From the NCBI GenBank assembly GCA_037379345.1, contig CM074521.1, forward strand, positions 8,556,001 to 8,620,000: a stretch of 64,000 bases of DNA, in the 5' to 3' direction. The notes under the pieces are model-generated. The model was not told the origin of the DNA. It made no database searches and worked only from the letters and a program-made list of their open reading frames with translations. This DNA is from Perna viridis (lineage: Eukaryota). How positions within the stretch are numbered: position 1 is the first letter of the stretch; every line of letters starts with the position of its first letter. Shown piece by piece: positions 27,590 to 41,800 of this stretch. Position numbers and translations under genes: made by a program.

Positions 27590-30500
27590 ATGCCTGTAAG
27601 TGAGAGCGAAGCAAATAAAATCTATGATGTCTGTGATGCTAACAAGGATGGAGTTGTGACAAAACTAGAACTTCTAAAAGGACTAAATAAATACTTTTCA
27701 CAATCTCTGTCGGCTGACCAAGTAACAGTAAGTACTTTTAATACTAGATTGAAAGGGAGATAATAAATACTATTGCGTTTTCCCTTTAAATAGATTAAAA
27801 CGCTTGCATACTTTCTAGTGTTTTTATTTACAAAGAGAAAGACTGCCTTTTTGACAAATTTGAAACGGCATTGAATAACTGCATATTGCTGAAAATCTAA
27901 AGAAGTTCACAGTTGCATATACATTTTTATGTTAGAAGAATATTTTTTCTCTTCAATGGAGCTTAAGAAAGTTGAAAAGGAAACAAAAAACCAATGAGGA
28001 GTTACATGTTATTTTATTTCTCGATAAAGTTACGCTTGGTAATGAACTTTTTGAAGAAATTACCAGGACATTCCATTGGAGGGGGGTATATACCCTCCTT
28101 TGTTGGAACATTTTAGCAAAACAAAGCAAATAATAGCATGTACTCCCCTTTTTTGGAACCCTTGTGGAAATTAACCCCTTTCCAAAATCTCTTTACCTAT
28201 CCTTGCATCAGTTTGTGTCATTGCTAAGGGTTAGCGGAATACTTACCCACGACTGATGTTTGATAATGTATTGTGTCATTGACAGGATATGTTTATTGGT
28301 CTAGATGAAGACGGCGATGATAAAATAACAAGAGCAGAATTTGTCGGTCAACTCTGTCATAAAATGAACAGACGGTATGTATTCACTTAATTACAGTTGC
28401 TCGGTATAGACCCAGTGGCAGATTTATAGGAGATCCGGGTTAATTTGGAACCCCCCTTTTTTTTTTAGAATTTTTATTTTTAGTTTCCTGAAAAATTTAG
28501 GCAAAAATTGAACAAACAGTAGCCTAGACTGCCCCTTTGTCAAATCTCTAGATCCACACCTGACACATGCGCATGAGACACATGTAACTTAACTTAAGAT
28601 TCACTGTTGATTGGTTAATAAAAGAAATCAACAACAACAAAAGACATAAAATGATAAACATACTGCAAACAAATAAACCTTTTTTTCATATGTCATTTTC
28701 AGGTTATTGCTGTATCTTTGAACATGTCGGTATTTGCATAAGTTATGCGATAATCCCTTTGGCGTAGTCGACGAGCATGCTTACTACACACTTCCGCAAG
28801 GATAATTCTTTTGAGTTTACATACATTAGGCATTTTTATCGACTACTCCACATTTAACACGAAAAAAGTCTATTGGTTTTTACAGTTTACAATTAAAAGT
28901 AATTGGAATTACATATATGATATGCAAGTATGTTGATTCAGTCCTGTACCATACTTGATATGCATGTACTTATAATATACATGCATGTTTCGAACCATTC
29001 GGATATATGGATTGTACGTATACCTTTATATGATGTGAAACGTATGCACATTTTCACGAATATCATTAAGTATAGTTTGCCCATACGCATGGGGTTTATG
29101 TCATCAACAGGTCGTGGAAAACAATGCTAGATTACCATTTGAGTTCCTCATTTTCCCCAATACTCAGAGTCTTCTTTACATCAATTTCCAAAAGATGTTG
29201 TATAAAAAGATGTCAAAATGTATGTACAATTCTGTATTCAGTTATAACCAGTCATACATGTAAATGACGATGATAAAATATTCCTACGTCATATAGTGGA
29301 TTCTTCAAAACATCAATCTGTATAGAATGACATGTACCTGCCTTGTACACTATTTTTCACTCCCTTAATGAGGTAGACATAGGGTACGGGACACAACTCT
29401 TACAAATCATTGGAACGTTTGTATTAAGCATTTTATATCAGTTTTATGTAAGCATCAAAGTAACTTGGATTGATGTCATTCTGATTCAAATGAAAGATTG
29501 ATAGGCTTTGGTAAAATTGAATATGATGTATGATTTCAAAAGTTAAGTCCCTTACCCTAGGTCTACCTTCTTTAGATTTCATTAAGGTCTGTATGTATAT
29601 ACATGTACATAAATGTATTTAATAACGTCAGCGGTTCGTATCTTAACAAATAACTTTCAGTTGCAGCAAGTGGACAGACAGGTGAGCCGAAAGCCTACCT
29701 ACCTTCAAATTTGGTAGTGGGCAGGAAATTGCCTTGTACTGTGAAAAAAATTTGTGGCTAGGAAGACTTAGTTATTGACCTTGGTCTCTTTTACACATCG
29801 CCAATTTCTCATCTTATCGAGCGAGCGTCAAGATGGAACATGATGAAAATTAAACTACTTTTAATTTTAAACTGATACCATCTTCATTCAGATATAAAAC
29901 TAAAAATTAAAAGAAAACAAATCCTTGAAACTGAAACTTAACACAGTTTTCTTAAAGAAACCGGCAATTTTTTTATACAAGGGGGCAGCTTTTCGAAAAA
30001 AAATCAATATTTGAGCAATTTGTTTGTACTCAGCCCTAGGTAGCAAAAATGTATGATTCAATAATTTTCCCATCACTTATATCATTATATGAAAAGAAAA
30101 AGTCTGTTATACCTATGACGAACAGTTTTTGGTACCATGGAAACGAAAACCCAAATCCATTAAAATTCAGCATTTGAGAGTCTTTTTTCGACTTTATGGA
30201 AATGATTGTAAAATTCTATGAAATGAATTGCCGAAACTACGCAGACTTTTTGTATCGCGCTAGAACTCTAACAAATAGGCTTCTGGAACAGGGTTATGTT
30301 GCTACAAGATTGAAGTCGTCACTACAGAATTTTTATGGTCGTCGTCATGAACTCGTGGATCGTTATGGTGTATCCATCTGCACCATGAAAACTGATTTAT
30401 TCAACGGGTTATAGTTTTCCTTTCCTCGTTTGTCTACCCCGGACTTGACTTTTTATGAGCCACTTGGCGGGTGTTTCTAGAAAAGCAGAGGACGCTTACC

Positions 30501-30844
30501 CTACCAGTGCACCTGGTCCATGCTCCCAGTTTTTTGTTACTTTGTATGTATGATTTTAGTTACTTTATGATCTTTGTTGTGTATGTCTGTTTCCATTACA
30601 CTTGAACGCCTGCATTGTAAAATAACTTATTACAATAAACTATTTTCAATTATGCAGGGAGGGATTTATTAAAGCATTCAATGAGATTGACCAAAACAAA
30701 GATGGCAGCCTGTCACATGAGGAGTTAAGAGCCGTATGCCGGAAGTGTGGTCATAGCGACGACGAAATCAATCAGATGATTAAGGCGATCGACACAGACG
30801 GTGATGGAAAAATATCTCAAGCAGAATTTCTGAAGTTGGTGTAA
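27590..30844 (+). CDS. Calmodulin-like calcium-binding protein with four EF-hands, 137 aa
   Basis: Exons 27590-27727, 28286-28374 and 30658-30844 total 414 nt with consistent phases. Loops DANKDGVVTKLE, DEDGDDKITRAE, DQNKDGSLSHEE, DTDGDGKISQAE. Confidence 0.92.
29369..29570 (-). mobile_element. Kolobok-like MITE, copy 4
   Basis: Same family, inverted relative to copy 1, in intron 2 of the EF-hand gene. Confidence 0.8.
30226..30600 (+). mobile_element. 5'-truncated Penelope-like retroelement (RT C-terminus and 3' tail)
   Basis: CRNYADFLYRARTLTNRLLEQGYVATRLKSSLQNFYGRRHELVDRY followed by the tail gcttaccctaccagtgcacctggtccatgctcccagttttt. Confidence 0.75.
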
Positions 30845-31166
30845 TGGGAGACACCAATCTTAGTTGACAAAAAGTGTTCTATATCCCTTTACATCATATA
30901 TCATTGTTTTCTTGTATTATACACCTGCAATAAGTATTAATCAGAAACGCTTTAATTTTAATAAGTGATCACGGCTGGACTTACGTACAAGCATTGTGAT
31001 AATTTATTTGACAGCTAGAAAAGGCTTAGGGCTCTTCCATTGTTTTTGTCTTTGTTAATGCATACATGTCAGTTCATTTTTGGATTTTGGAAAAAATTCC
31101 AGCGAAAATTACGGATTATTTAACCTAAACAAATAAAACACAATTTTTCGGTACATGCAACCTTTT

Positions 31167-31228
31167 TATATTTGAACACAAGCCTGGAATAACATGCTTA
31201 TATTTGAACACAAGCCTGGGATAACATG
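31167..31228. repeat. Two-copy tandem duplication, about 32 bp, between convergent 3' ends
   Basis: tatatttgaacacaagcctggRataacatg twice. Confidence 0.8.
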
Positions 31229-31327
31229 TTGTATATATTCTAAAACAAACAAAAAAACTAATCAATGACTTATTTTTATAAGCTATAACAACAATAGAGT
31301 TATTCTATTAAAGAAACAAAATGGATG

Positions 31328-34300
31328 TTAACGCCAAGACTTGTCACTCCATATAGTCAGATATTCTTTGACAGCAGAAGTCAGGTTTTCTATACCTTCC
31401 TTAAGTTTGTCCTCGGTACAGAAACTTATAGAGATCCGAATACAGTTACTGAAACTGCCTGTAGGTGATGTGCTATAAAGTTAAAATAGCGGTTACAATT
31501 ACGGCTACATGAACAAAAATGTGTAGGGTTGGGTTGCAATAAGTAAAACATGAAGATGAAATTAAGAAAAGACATTTAAACCTCAATAAAAGCAGAACAA
31601 CAAAAATACGTATAATTTACTTGTGGGGCATACTAGCTTTTTTTCTTGGAAGAATTACGTTGATGTTTATGTTTAGTGAAGCACACACATCAATAGTATC
31701 CTTTGTCTAAACTTTAACTGATCCGATAAGCATACACATAAAAACTTAGCCTTATCTGTTTACGTCAATTATGATTGGATAAGCTTAAATACCGATCGTA
31801 AGCCCTACCTAGGTACGTCAATTGTGATTGGATAAACACCCTCTTCAATAGTAAGCCTCACCTGGATACACCAATTATTGATTGGATAAGCTCAGACATC
31901 AATCGTAAGTCCTATCTAGATACATGCTTTACGTCAATTATGATTGGATAAACACACACACACATCAATAGCAAGCTCTACATAGATATGTCAATTATGA
32001 TTGGATAAACATACACAGCAACAGTAATCCTTACCTGGATCCTATAATAAAGTTGACGCCATGTTTCTCAATGGCAAGCTGAAGGAGCAACTTAGAATCT
32101 ATATTAGATGGCAGCTCTATCCACAGGAAGAAACCACCCTGGAAATATAAATTTTAGTAAGGTTTTAATGAAAATTTGAAAACATTGACCGTTGTATTCT
32201 TTAAAGTTCATAATGGTAAAAATATTAAAATACTCATGAATGTCAGTGGCACATTTCTACCAACACATTTTTGTTAGGGTGAAAAAAAATCTTCGCGATC
32301 GTCGTCAAAACTATGTTTAAACTTGGAAAATCCGGTTTTTATATTCCTTGATGAATTCACAAAACAAATTCGTAAATAAGACTATTCGTGTTACTTTAAT
32401 TTCAGGTCTGTATTTTAGCAAATCATTTAGGGTTCTACAAATCTAAATTGTACAGATGTGATTCTAGCATCGCCATGTTGTACATCGCCGATTGTCACAA
32501 ACTGGTCTCCATCGAAGTTAATTCAACTTTGACATCGTTGTGAAATTCCACAATGTACATTTACTTAGATGATGATCAGATTAACACTTTGGGCACCTCA
32601 ATAAATTCAACTTTATGCTTTTATCAAAGAAGTAAACATGCACATGTCATAAAATTATCGTAACTCGTAAACGCAAATTGGTTTTAATGTAGAAAATGGA
32701 TGCCCTGTCCGCAATCTGCTGAATATTTTGGCGGACTAGTACGAGTAACACACATCCACGCTCACTCCAAAATGAAAGGCGTAGTAGCAGTAAGGGCCAT
32801 TTTCGGACATTTTTTTTCTCTTTAAACTAGTATCTTTGAATTATTTGGATCGATTTTCCCGAAGAATTATGCTTGATCTTTCATTGCAAAACATTCGAAA
32901 GTAGGTCCGTTATAAAAGAAAAGTACATTTTGGGCTTATGAAGTGGCATTTTATGTCATGTTTGCTGATTCCAACAAAAAAACACAATCGACTTTCAAAA
33001 AAATGAACCAAAAACTGAACCTTACTGACCTATTCTCAAACTGTTGTTTTCTAACAACAATTAAATTAAAAAAAAACGAATTCTGTAACCTTGTCCAATA
33101 TTGTTCATATAAAATATGGTAGATTCTTTTATTATACATTATGTGCTTCTGTCATAACTTCTATGAGCATGAGTGACACATATCCGGGAGGTAGAAATTT
33201 GGGTAGAACAAAAAATTTCTTTGTTTACTTCACAATTAAGAACAAAGTGGCATTTTTTAATGTTGACTACTGCTGAAAAACTCAGAAAATCAGAAGACTA
33301 GATACAAATGGTAAAGTATAATGCTTACCTCGGGCTCCTTGAATTTAATAGGTACAGGGAAATTCTCGGATATGTAATCACTTACATATTTCATTCTCGT
33401 CTGAAATATAATGTATGATACTGGTGTTGAGTTTGCAGTCCAATAATGATAATCCGGAACGAACTTCCGAGTCATACTGTGTAGTTTGGCTAAGAATTTT
33501 AATTTCGGGGGACACGCTTTTTTAATTTCCTTACATGTACACCATGTTTAATCAGATTTGGGGAGCGAGGGGTACTTGGAGCAAAATTTAAGATATAACC
33601 GAAGAAATAACAAGGATTTTACAAAAACCTCCCAAATAATATTTTAAGATGTGCTCAATCAAAGCATGAAATAAAATATGGGGGTCACTGAGCAAAAATA
33701 TAGATGTTATGAAATGGATAAAATCAGAGGAGTCCAAAATTCTGATATAAATGGCTGAACATGACCACTACATCCTCAACTCTTAAAGTTTTACGAACAC
33801 GGACCAAAATGGTGTCATGTGTTCATGTGCGTCATGATGACGTATTTATTCAACTATCGTGTTCTGCTTCCAATTATAGCAATACATGGTGAGACATCGA
33901 GATTATGATGTACTAAAACAGACGAAACTGACCCTACTAGAGCATACGGTCCTTACCTAATATAATTGTTTAACTGAGTCCGAGTTGCTTATTTTCTTCA
34001 GTTTTTATCTTCTGATTTTATTTTTTTTACAAATTTTTTGTATGTTTTGATGTTTTTATCATTTACTTTTATGAAGAAATTTTTCAAAAACCACGCATTA
34101 AACATACCCCATATATTCCTTTGATTTTGTTAAGGTGTGAAGTCACCATCCCTTCCTTCAATGCTGTCTTTAGTAACCGGGACGTGTAATGGTTAAAACA
34201 ACCTCCGCTCCATGTTGTGTTGCTAGAATATAGAAGCATCATCAATTGATTTATTGACTGACTGATTGATTGATTTTAGTTTTACGTCCTTTGAATTTCA

Positions 34301-35810
34301 AGGCAAAAATGTTTTATCTATTGAACTGACCCTGTCTTGTTCTAGCCCGATATACTGAGCATATTAATATGATGGCTCACTGAAACAACAAATACTCAAA
34401 CGCATTCATTTGATTCCAAACAAAGCATTGTAGTCGTAGCTCTGTCTAATATTAGCCACACATATTATGTTTATTATATATTTTACTGAGAAGCAGTGAC
34501 TACCAATTTTGAAGCCTCAAGTATGACTCGAGCGAGGATCGAACCCTTGATATCCCATAGCCTAGGCGAAAAAGTCCCAAAACCACGTAAACGGTTGAAC
34601 TAATCATAACAAAGTGATCTGAAGCTCAACATGCAAAGCACATTATGATCATGATGTGACAAAATTCCAGTACAACTTTAAACTTTTTTACATGATGTAT
34701 GTGACAAGAGTTGGATACACACGTGCATGTTGGTAACTATCTATGAACACTTAAACATTGTACGCTGCCAGAAAACAACAATGTATTCTTACCATGAAGC
34801 CACACATTGTAAGACCCTTTGTGGAGCCTCAATCCAGCCTAGCCTCAACCCAGGAGCTAAAATCTTGGAAAATGTTCCATTAGATAGAACGTTTCCTTTA
34901 AAGTCTGGATCATTTCTGTAGGGAAAGTCAATAATTCATCACGTGATAAGAATCAAACATTTCTCACATGTAAAAATATATATATTCTCTTAATTTGAAT
35001 TACATATTGTACAACAACTGGCGTGCAGGCTAACTAGTTATTACACATAGAATGATGAGTAGTACATCTAACATACTTGTAAGAACAAGTAAACTCGAAA
35101 TCACCATAATATAGAAATGAACAGAAATCGTGCAAAAATCAAAGAAAACAAAAGTATTGTTATCTGGGTCGGATCCAGGATTTGAGTTTAGGCGGGGGCG
35201 TTAATTGAATTAAATGCAGTGCAAAGCAAGGCAAAAAATATTACGGGGCTAAACTTGTGGTAAAACTTTTTCCCCACCGATTTGGTACGCCAGTCCTTGG
35301 ATCCGTGCCTGGTTATATGGAGATTCATTGTATGTCTTGTTCTTTTCTTTTCTCGTTTTTTGTTTACAAGAAATGGTCTAGTTTCTGTTTTATGAACATT
35401 TAACTGAAGTAATTTCGCATATAATTCTGGCACTTACTTGTCATCAAAGAACAATAATCGAGGCGGACAACTTCCGGTGTAATACAATAAATTGTAAACA
35501 TCTTCAGTAAACAGTAACAAGTCGTACTTCCGGGCGAGGTGGATAAGTTGTCTACATCTCTCTAAAACAGTAAACGGAAAATTGAAAGAAATTGTAGACT
35601 ATGAATTATTTTACTTTAATGTAGAGGATGCAAATTATACTAGACCATTTTTCTATTCATAGCATCTGTTCCAATTCTATAAATTAGATCAGATTAATCC
35701 AATATCTGACATGGCATGTAACCCCCTGGTTCACGTACCCGGTTTTTGCTTTGAGAAAAAAATCGATATGTTTTTCATATAATGCATGATGTATGTGCAA
35801 ATGAATTATA

Positions 35811-35893
<83 letters not shown>

Positions 35894-38800
35894 CAATCAC
35901 GCATTTGCCAAGTTGAACATCATTTTAAAATGGTGATCGTTTGGTTTGTTGAACAAATAACAAAATTGTTGTTCACTATCCTTAAATTCAACCTCCTTCC
36001 CGTTAATGCTGCAAAAATTTACATCCATTATCGATCTGTTCACGATCATTACTCTAGGTTACCAGTATGACATGGGCTTTACGTTCTTTTTTTTAAATTC
36101 TGTACTTGTTTCATACCCGACATTTTCTTATTTCTTTATTTAACACAAAGTAGTATCAACGATATGAGCGTGGTAAATCTTTATTCACTGGTCTGACTCT
36201 ACCTCCCAAACGTACCTGGTGAAGAACAAACTCCTCTTGGGTTAGAAAAAGTGGTCATCAGATATACCATTGACCGAAACGGCGTCTTAGACTGACCCTT
36301 AGGTTGGTTTTCTTGGACTGCTTTCTCTAGGGCATCTGGTATAATGCCATCACTATCAGTCGGCACTGTAACACAAAAAGAAACTTCTTTCTTGAAAACA
36401 GACTAAAGGCGATAATAAAATATACATGTACAACAGCAGTGCTTAAACCCGAGATACGGCAATACATGTAAGGTCATACACACTTTCCGTTTCTCAGAAA
36501 CAAACAAAATCAGAAAGTAATATAAAGCGAAATTAATCTCCAAACAGTGAAGATAATTATTGACCCACAATGTCATATTGGAGACCCATGAGACTATAAT
36601 TTGATATTTTGCAACCCAAGAGAGATAAACCAAGATGGCTAACCCTGCTGCTTTTGTTTTTGACTTCATACATGTCTTCTATTGGAAAATTCATGTACAT
36701 GTATGATGGTTCTTAGGACCTTCACTCTAAAACGAACATACACTAATTATGTGTGTATATATTCCTATATAGTTACCTGTCCTCTTAATTGTGCACCAAT
36801 GGTGTCTGATGTTGCTCACCCGACCTTTTCAACACATGTTGAAATTCCCTCAATAGCTTTTTTAATCATTTTTATACATCGTGTGAGCTAGCGGACGGAC
36901 GAACGACAGTGAATCAGAATACATGCACGTTCGTTAAATGACGGGCATAGAAAAATGTATTAATATATAAAAGTAAACGATGGATCAAAATGCACAAGTT
37001 ACGAAGACTAGTAAAATGTTCAAGTACCACTCATTTTATTGAGTGTAAACAATATTAAAATACAAAGAACCATGTTTTCGCCAAAATTAACCTGGAACTA
37101 CTTTCATCCCTAAGTCATCTCGCAGCATTTTGATAGCAATAAAGTAGGTCGGGTCCTCCACAAAGACAGGCGTATCTTTATCGAACATGATGGATGCCGT
37201 CAGATGTATACCATGTGTTGCCCCTGCCGTAACCATCAATTCTTCACTGAAACGAATAGAATCAGCTAGTTAACAAATTATATCTGTTTAATTTAATTTC
37301 AGATGGAACAAGCTTTCTGATGGGATTACAAATGTTGTCCATCATCGCATAGACAAAATTTTGTAATCTAAACGTGACGTCATCAATAATTTTTGATGAT
37401 ATACACGGTCAGTTCTGATACTATTATTAAATTTTATTGCAGGTTATTTAGTGTGCACCACGTGATTTAGGTTTTTCTTCATAGACCGAAAAATATAGGA
37501 GACATTCCTTCAATCGGAACTCCTCAGCCTTTCCAGTTATACAAAAGAAAAACTTCGGAGGCACTAGAGGGAACAATCTGTCCGAAATTTGACCGATTCT
37601 AAAATTATAGTTTTATTGTTTGAAAATTTTACCATTACTTTTTTTCCCCAGCTCCTCGCTTCGCGCAAATTTCTTGACAGAGTTATTGTTCTTTAATTCT
37701 ATTGATACATGTATCTAACCAATTTCTTAACACCACCTTGTGAATAGAATTACTTTGAGTCGCGTATGACTACAATTCTGGCAAATTTTACAAGAAAATT
37801 ACCCCCTCTGCATCCGATGTTATTTTTTTAGTGTAGCGGAAATGACCGAGTAGTTCCGATTGACATTCCTTAACTATAATTACTCCCCTTATAGGGGACG
37901 TCAACGTTGTAGGTCGTACATGTATGTACCAATAAGACGAGCCAAAGTTCAGGTAACTTTTATATAAAACTAATTTCTGCACAAGAGCAGTTCCTTTTCT
38001 GTATTATAGTATGTGAAGAAAATCTTTATAAACATTGTTACTTGTTCAAAAATCTTGACGGAAAATAGACAACATTACTTGACCCAATACAATTCTGAAA
38101 ATAAATTGGAATTGTCAGCTGTATAAAATGTATCAAAATTGTGGTACGCAATGTTATCCGGATTCCGCCAGATGATGACGGGTTAGGGGTGCGTAAGAAT
38201 AATTAAAGGTCGAACGAAGCGAGGAAGACAATTTTGGGCAGATCTTGTGAAAAATCAAGATTTCGTGCAAAAAATATATTTTCCCAAAAATTTACGAGGA
38301 TGGGGCGTACGCCGTGTCCGTCCCTATAAATTCGCACCTTTACCTGGACACCATTGTTGCATTAAAATCGTAAAGAACTGAATCAATGGACATGAATAAC
38401 AATACCATCTCTACGTGTATATAAAACTTAAAATAATTGGACAAAATGTGATGGTGAAATGAGACAACCAACACACAAGTAGTCATTTACAAAGAAGAGG
38501 CAGAATCTCTAGCCTTTATTACACACTTTGACTCGCATACAAAGGTAGCCACCTTTAAAAAGATTTTAAGCTTTTAAGCCTTTAATACAAGAATATTAGA
38601 AACATGAAATATAAAGTGGGACAGCACTATTATAGATATGAGGGGGGAGGGTGGGCTTGAATATTCAAATTATACCAAAAAAAAAAGATATTCATATTAC
38701 CTACAACTTTTTGTAGGTTTAAACTGGTTTTGAGCTGGCATGTCATTTAAATGCTAACAGTCCTTTATCGAGCATTTGTGTAACGTATAATCAGTTTTTT

Positions 38801-41800
38801 ATTTGTGTTTTAACAAGGGTTACAGACCTATTGGTTATGATTTTTAGATATGTTTAATTGTGTTATATTTTTTTACAGTGGCCAGTGTTAATAGGGGAGT
38901 GTTGCCATCACTCCAAAGTACTAAAAGTACTTTAACCCAACCGCATATTTTGCTCATGTCTCAAGTCAGCAGTTTCTGGCCTCTGTATGTTTTGTTTAAT
39001 GTTCACTTCAATAGATTTTACTTTATTTTGCTTAGTTGTTACTTTATTTTCCTGGAGTATATAGGGGTAACTATTTTGATGTACCCGTGTATACTATTAT
39101 TATTGGACCAGCTGCAGTCTGCCCAGTAGTGTGAGGGTTTCCTCGTCGTTCATTGAAGACCCATGGGTGGCCTTGAGCTGACATTTTTTAAGTTGGGGTT
39201 CAGAGGGTTGCCTTTTTTTACATAATCACAATATACATTCTTCTTATATTCAATGTAAAAGAATAAGAACAAACATTTTACCAGAAGCTTATAAATGTGA
39301 AAAAAGTCAAGATCTAAACATAAGGAGGCAGATCTAAGGTAAGGGAAACAACTCTTACACAACTCTTACACATTATTGAAACGTTTGCGTATCAATCTCG
39401 TGTAAGCATCAAAGTAACTTGGATTGATTTAATTCTGTCTCAAATGAAATCTTGGTAGGCTTTGGTGAAATTGAATATGATACAAACATATCACTGATTT
39501 CAAGATTTGTGTCACTTAACCTAGGTCTACCTCCTTAAAAATTCAAGACGCTAATGTATAAAAGTAATCTTAGAATTCAACATTCCCGAAAAAATTTCAC
39601 CTTTGTACAGTATCACCATATTGCTGGGTCAGAAACAAGGCTAGCTGTTCCAGGAAGTCTGGATCTCCTCTCATTGGACCATACTGGAATATGAAACGTT
39701 CATCTTCTGCCTCCTAAAATACGTAAAATAGCATGGATATTTGTAACTACAAGAGGATCGAGGATTGACAACCGTTTATGTTTGAGGCATGTGCTATATA
39801 CCTTTATTTTTATTTTCTTAATTTGAATATTCGAATGCGAAAAGAAAAAGTGAGTTTATAAAAATGTTTAAAACCGTTGTTTACATCCTTTGTAAAATCG
39901 TAGTTATAAGTGGCTTGCTCCCACTATCGAATATGCAGCTCGACTAATATAACTCGGCTTGCATATTTCTAACTGACAACTGTACAAAAATTAGTTCTAT
40001 GTTCATTACGGTCATTTACAAAAGAAGTTCAAAGAGAATATCATATTGATGACACCTTTTATTGTAGTGTTAAAATCTTATATATAGAAACCCTATGTAA
40101 TTTGCCCTATATCGCGTGCCCTGTGTTGCATACTCTATATCGCTTACCCTAAATAGCATACCCTATATAGCTTACTCTAAATAACGTACTCTATATCTCG
40201 TGTTGATACAGCATGTGATACAGGTAGATTTCTACATGTAATATTCACTATGACTATATTAAATGCCCTCGTTTCTTCGAAGCTGAATTGCGTTCTGTGG
40301 TGTATACTCTACTTATATAACTCTTATATATAATGATGAAAAAACAAGAATACACAAAAATAAAGTAAAGCACGTACAACAAACTTTGGAGTGTCATCAT
40401 ATTTAAAAATAATTTAATTTCAGATGTAACGAGCTTTCTGATTGACCAAATTTTGCTATGTGACTGTGACGTCAATAAACCATTTTTGATGATTTACTCG
40501 TTAAATTTTTGTACTAAAATTAAATTTTATCAGTCTATTTGAAATAAGCTCAATGCCCGTGGTGCGAAATCGAAATTATTTCCTCGTAGTTACAAATTTC
40601 TGAAATTGAGCGAGCCCATGATTTAAAGAAAGTAGGTACAGGAGTGTTCATGTACAGTACAAGTAATTTTTTTTCAAATGTGAAAATCAGACTCAATCAA
40701 TAAATGTACACAATGACATGCAGGGGTGGATCCATGATTTGAGTTTAGGGGAGCGTTAATTGAATAAAATGCCGTGCAAAGCAAGGCAAAAAATATAATG
40801 GGGTGAAACTTGTGAATTTTTTTTTTCTTACCGATTTAGGGGGGCGGGCGTACGCCCGGTACGCCAGTCCTTGGACCCGCCCCTGACGTGTATAATAATC
40901 ATAATATACGTATTTATTTTTGCATGACATGTGCGCACACACAAAGAAGAAAACTAAGTTTAAGAAATAAAAACTTTGAGGCCTTCAGCTGCATTAGGTA
41001 AGGTCGAACCCGACTGGCTCTCGTTTACCACCAATATATACTGAATATTACATGTCAAAACCCGTATGATATGTCATATCGACCCTAGATAACTCACAGT
41101 ATCTAAATAACCTCAAGGGCTATCGGCCAAGGGGTGATATAAGTCGAGGGTCTATAAGGTATATGCTACGTATAGATTTTGATATGTATTTATGTGACCT
41201 CACATTCGTTATCTGATTATATTGTATTTCATGCAAAAATCTTGAATTCTGATTGGGTAATGGGTGATCAGTTATTTTAGTCTATTCCCTGCACATTCTT
41301 ACTTGCCCCGCCTCCACTAAACAGTGATTAGTGGATCGATATATCACCCCGACGGCAGCGATATATCACACGATATAGCACCCTCCTCTAGGATATATCA
41401 CCCTCGAAGTCACGATATATCACACTATCGTATTCAGTATAACATAACACATACTGCCTGTAGTAGAGGGTGTTACGCATCGTATCACACTCTGTAAATA
41501 TATCACCCTCGACTTCGTCTCAAGTGATAAATTTACCTCGTGTAACACCCCCTAATACAGGCAGTATGTGTATAATATAAGATACGCAACATAGATCAGG
41601 TTTTTGATATAGGGAATGTAATAGGGTAAACATGTTTAGTGTAAGAGATACAGGGTTTAAACAATCACTTATCATGCATAAAAAATCGTGTATTTTAATC
41701 TAAATATATACTGAAGTCGAATAGATGCATACAATTTATAATATAAGGATGCGCGATTGGAATGAGAACTATTTTTCAGTTCATGTAGAATATGATTGGG

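Noticed and set aside
30450-30530. Possible SECIS in the retroelement 3' tail (ATGA...AAAA...GA)
   Set aside because: Spacing between ATGA and the AA loop is too long, and no in-frame TGA is available to test.
35684-35896. ORF with poly-(YI)
   Set aside because: Translation of the (AT)n microsatellite.
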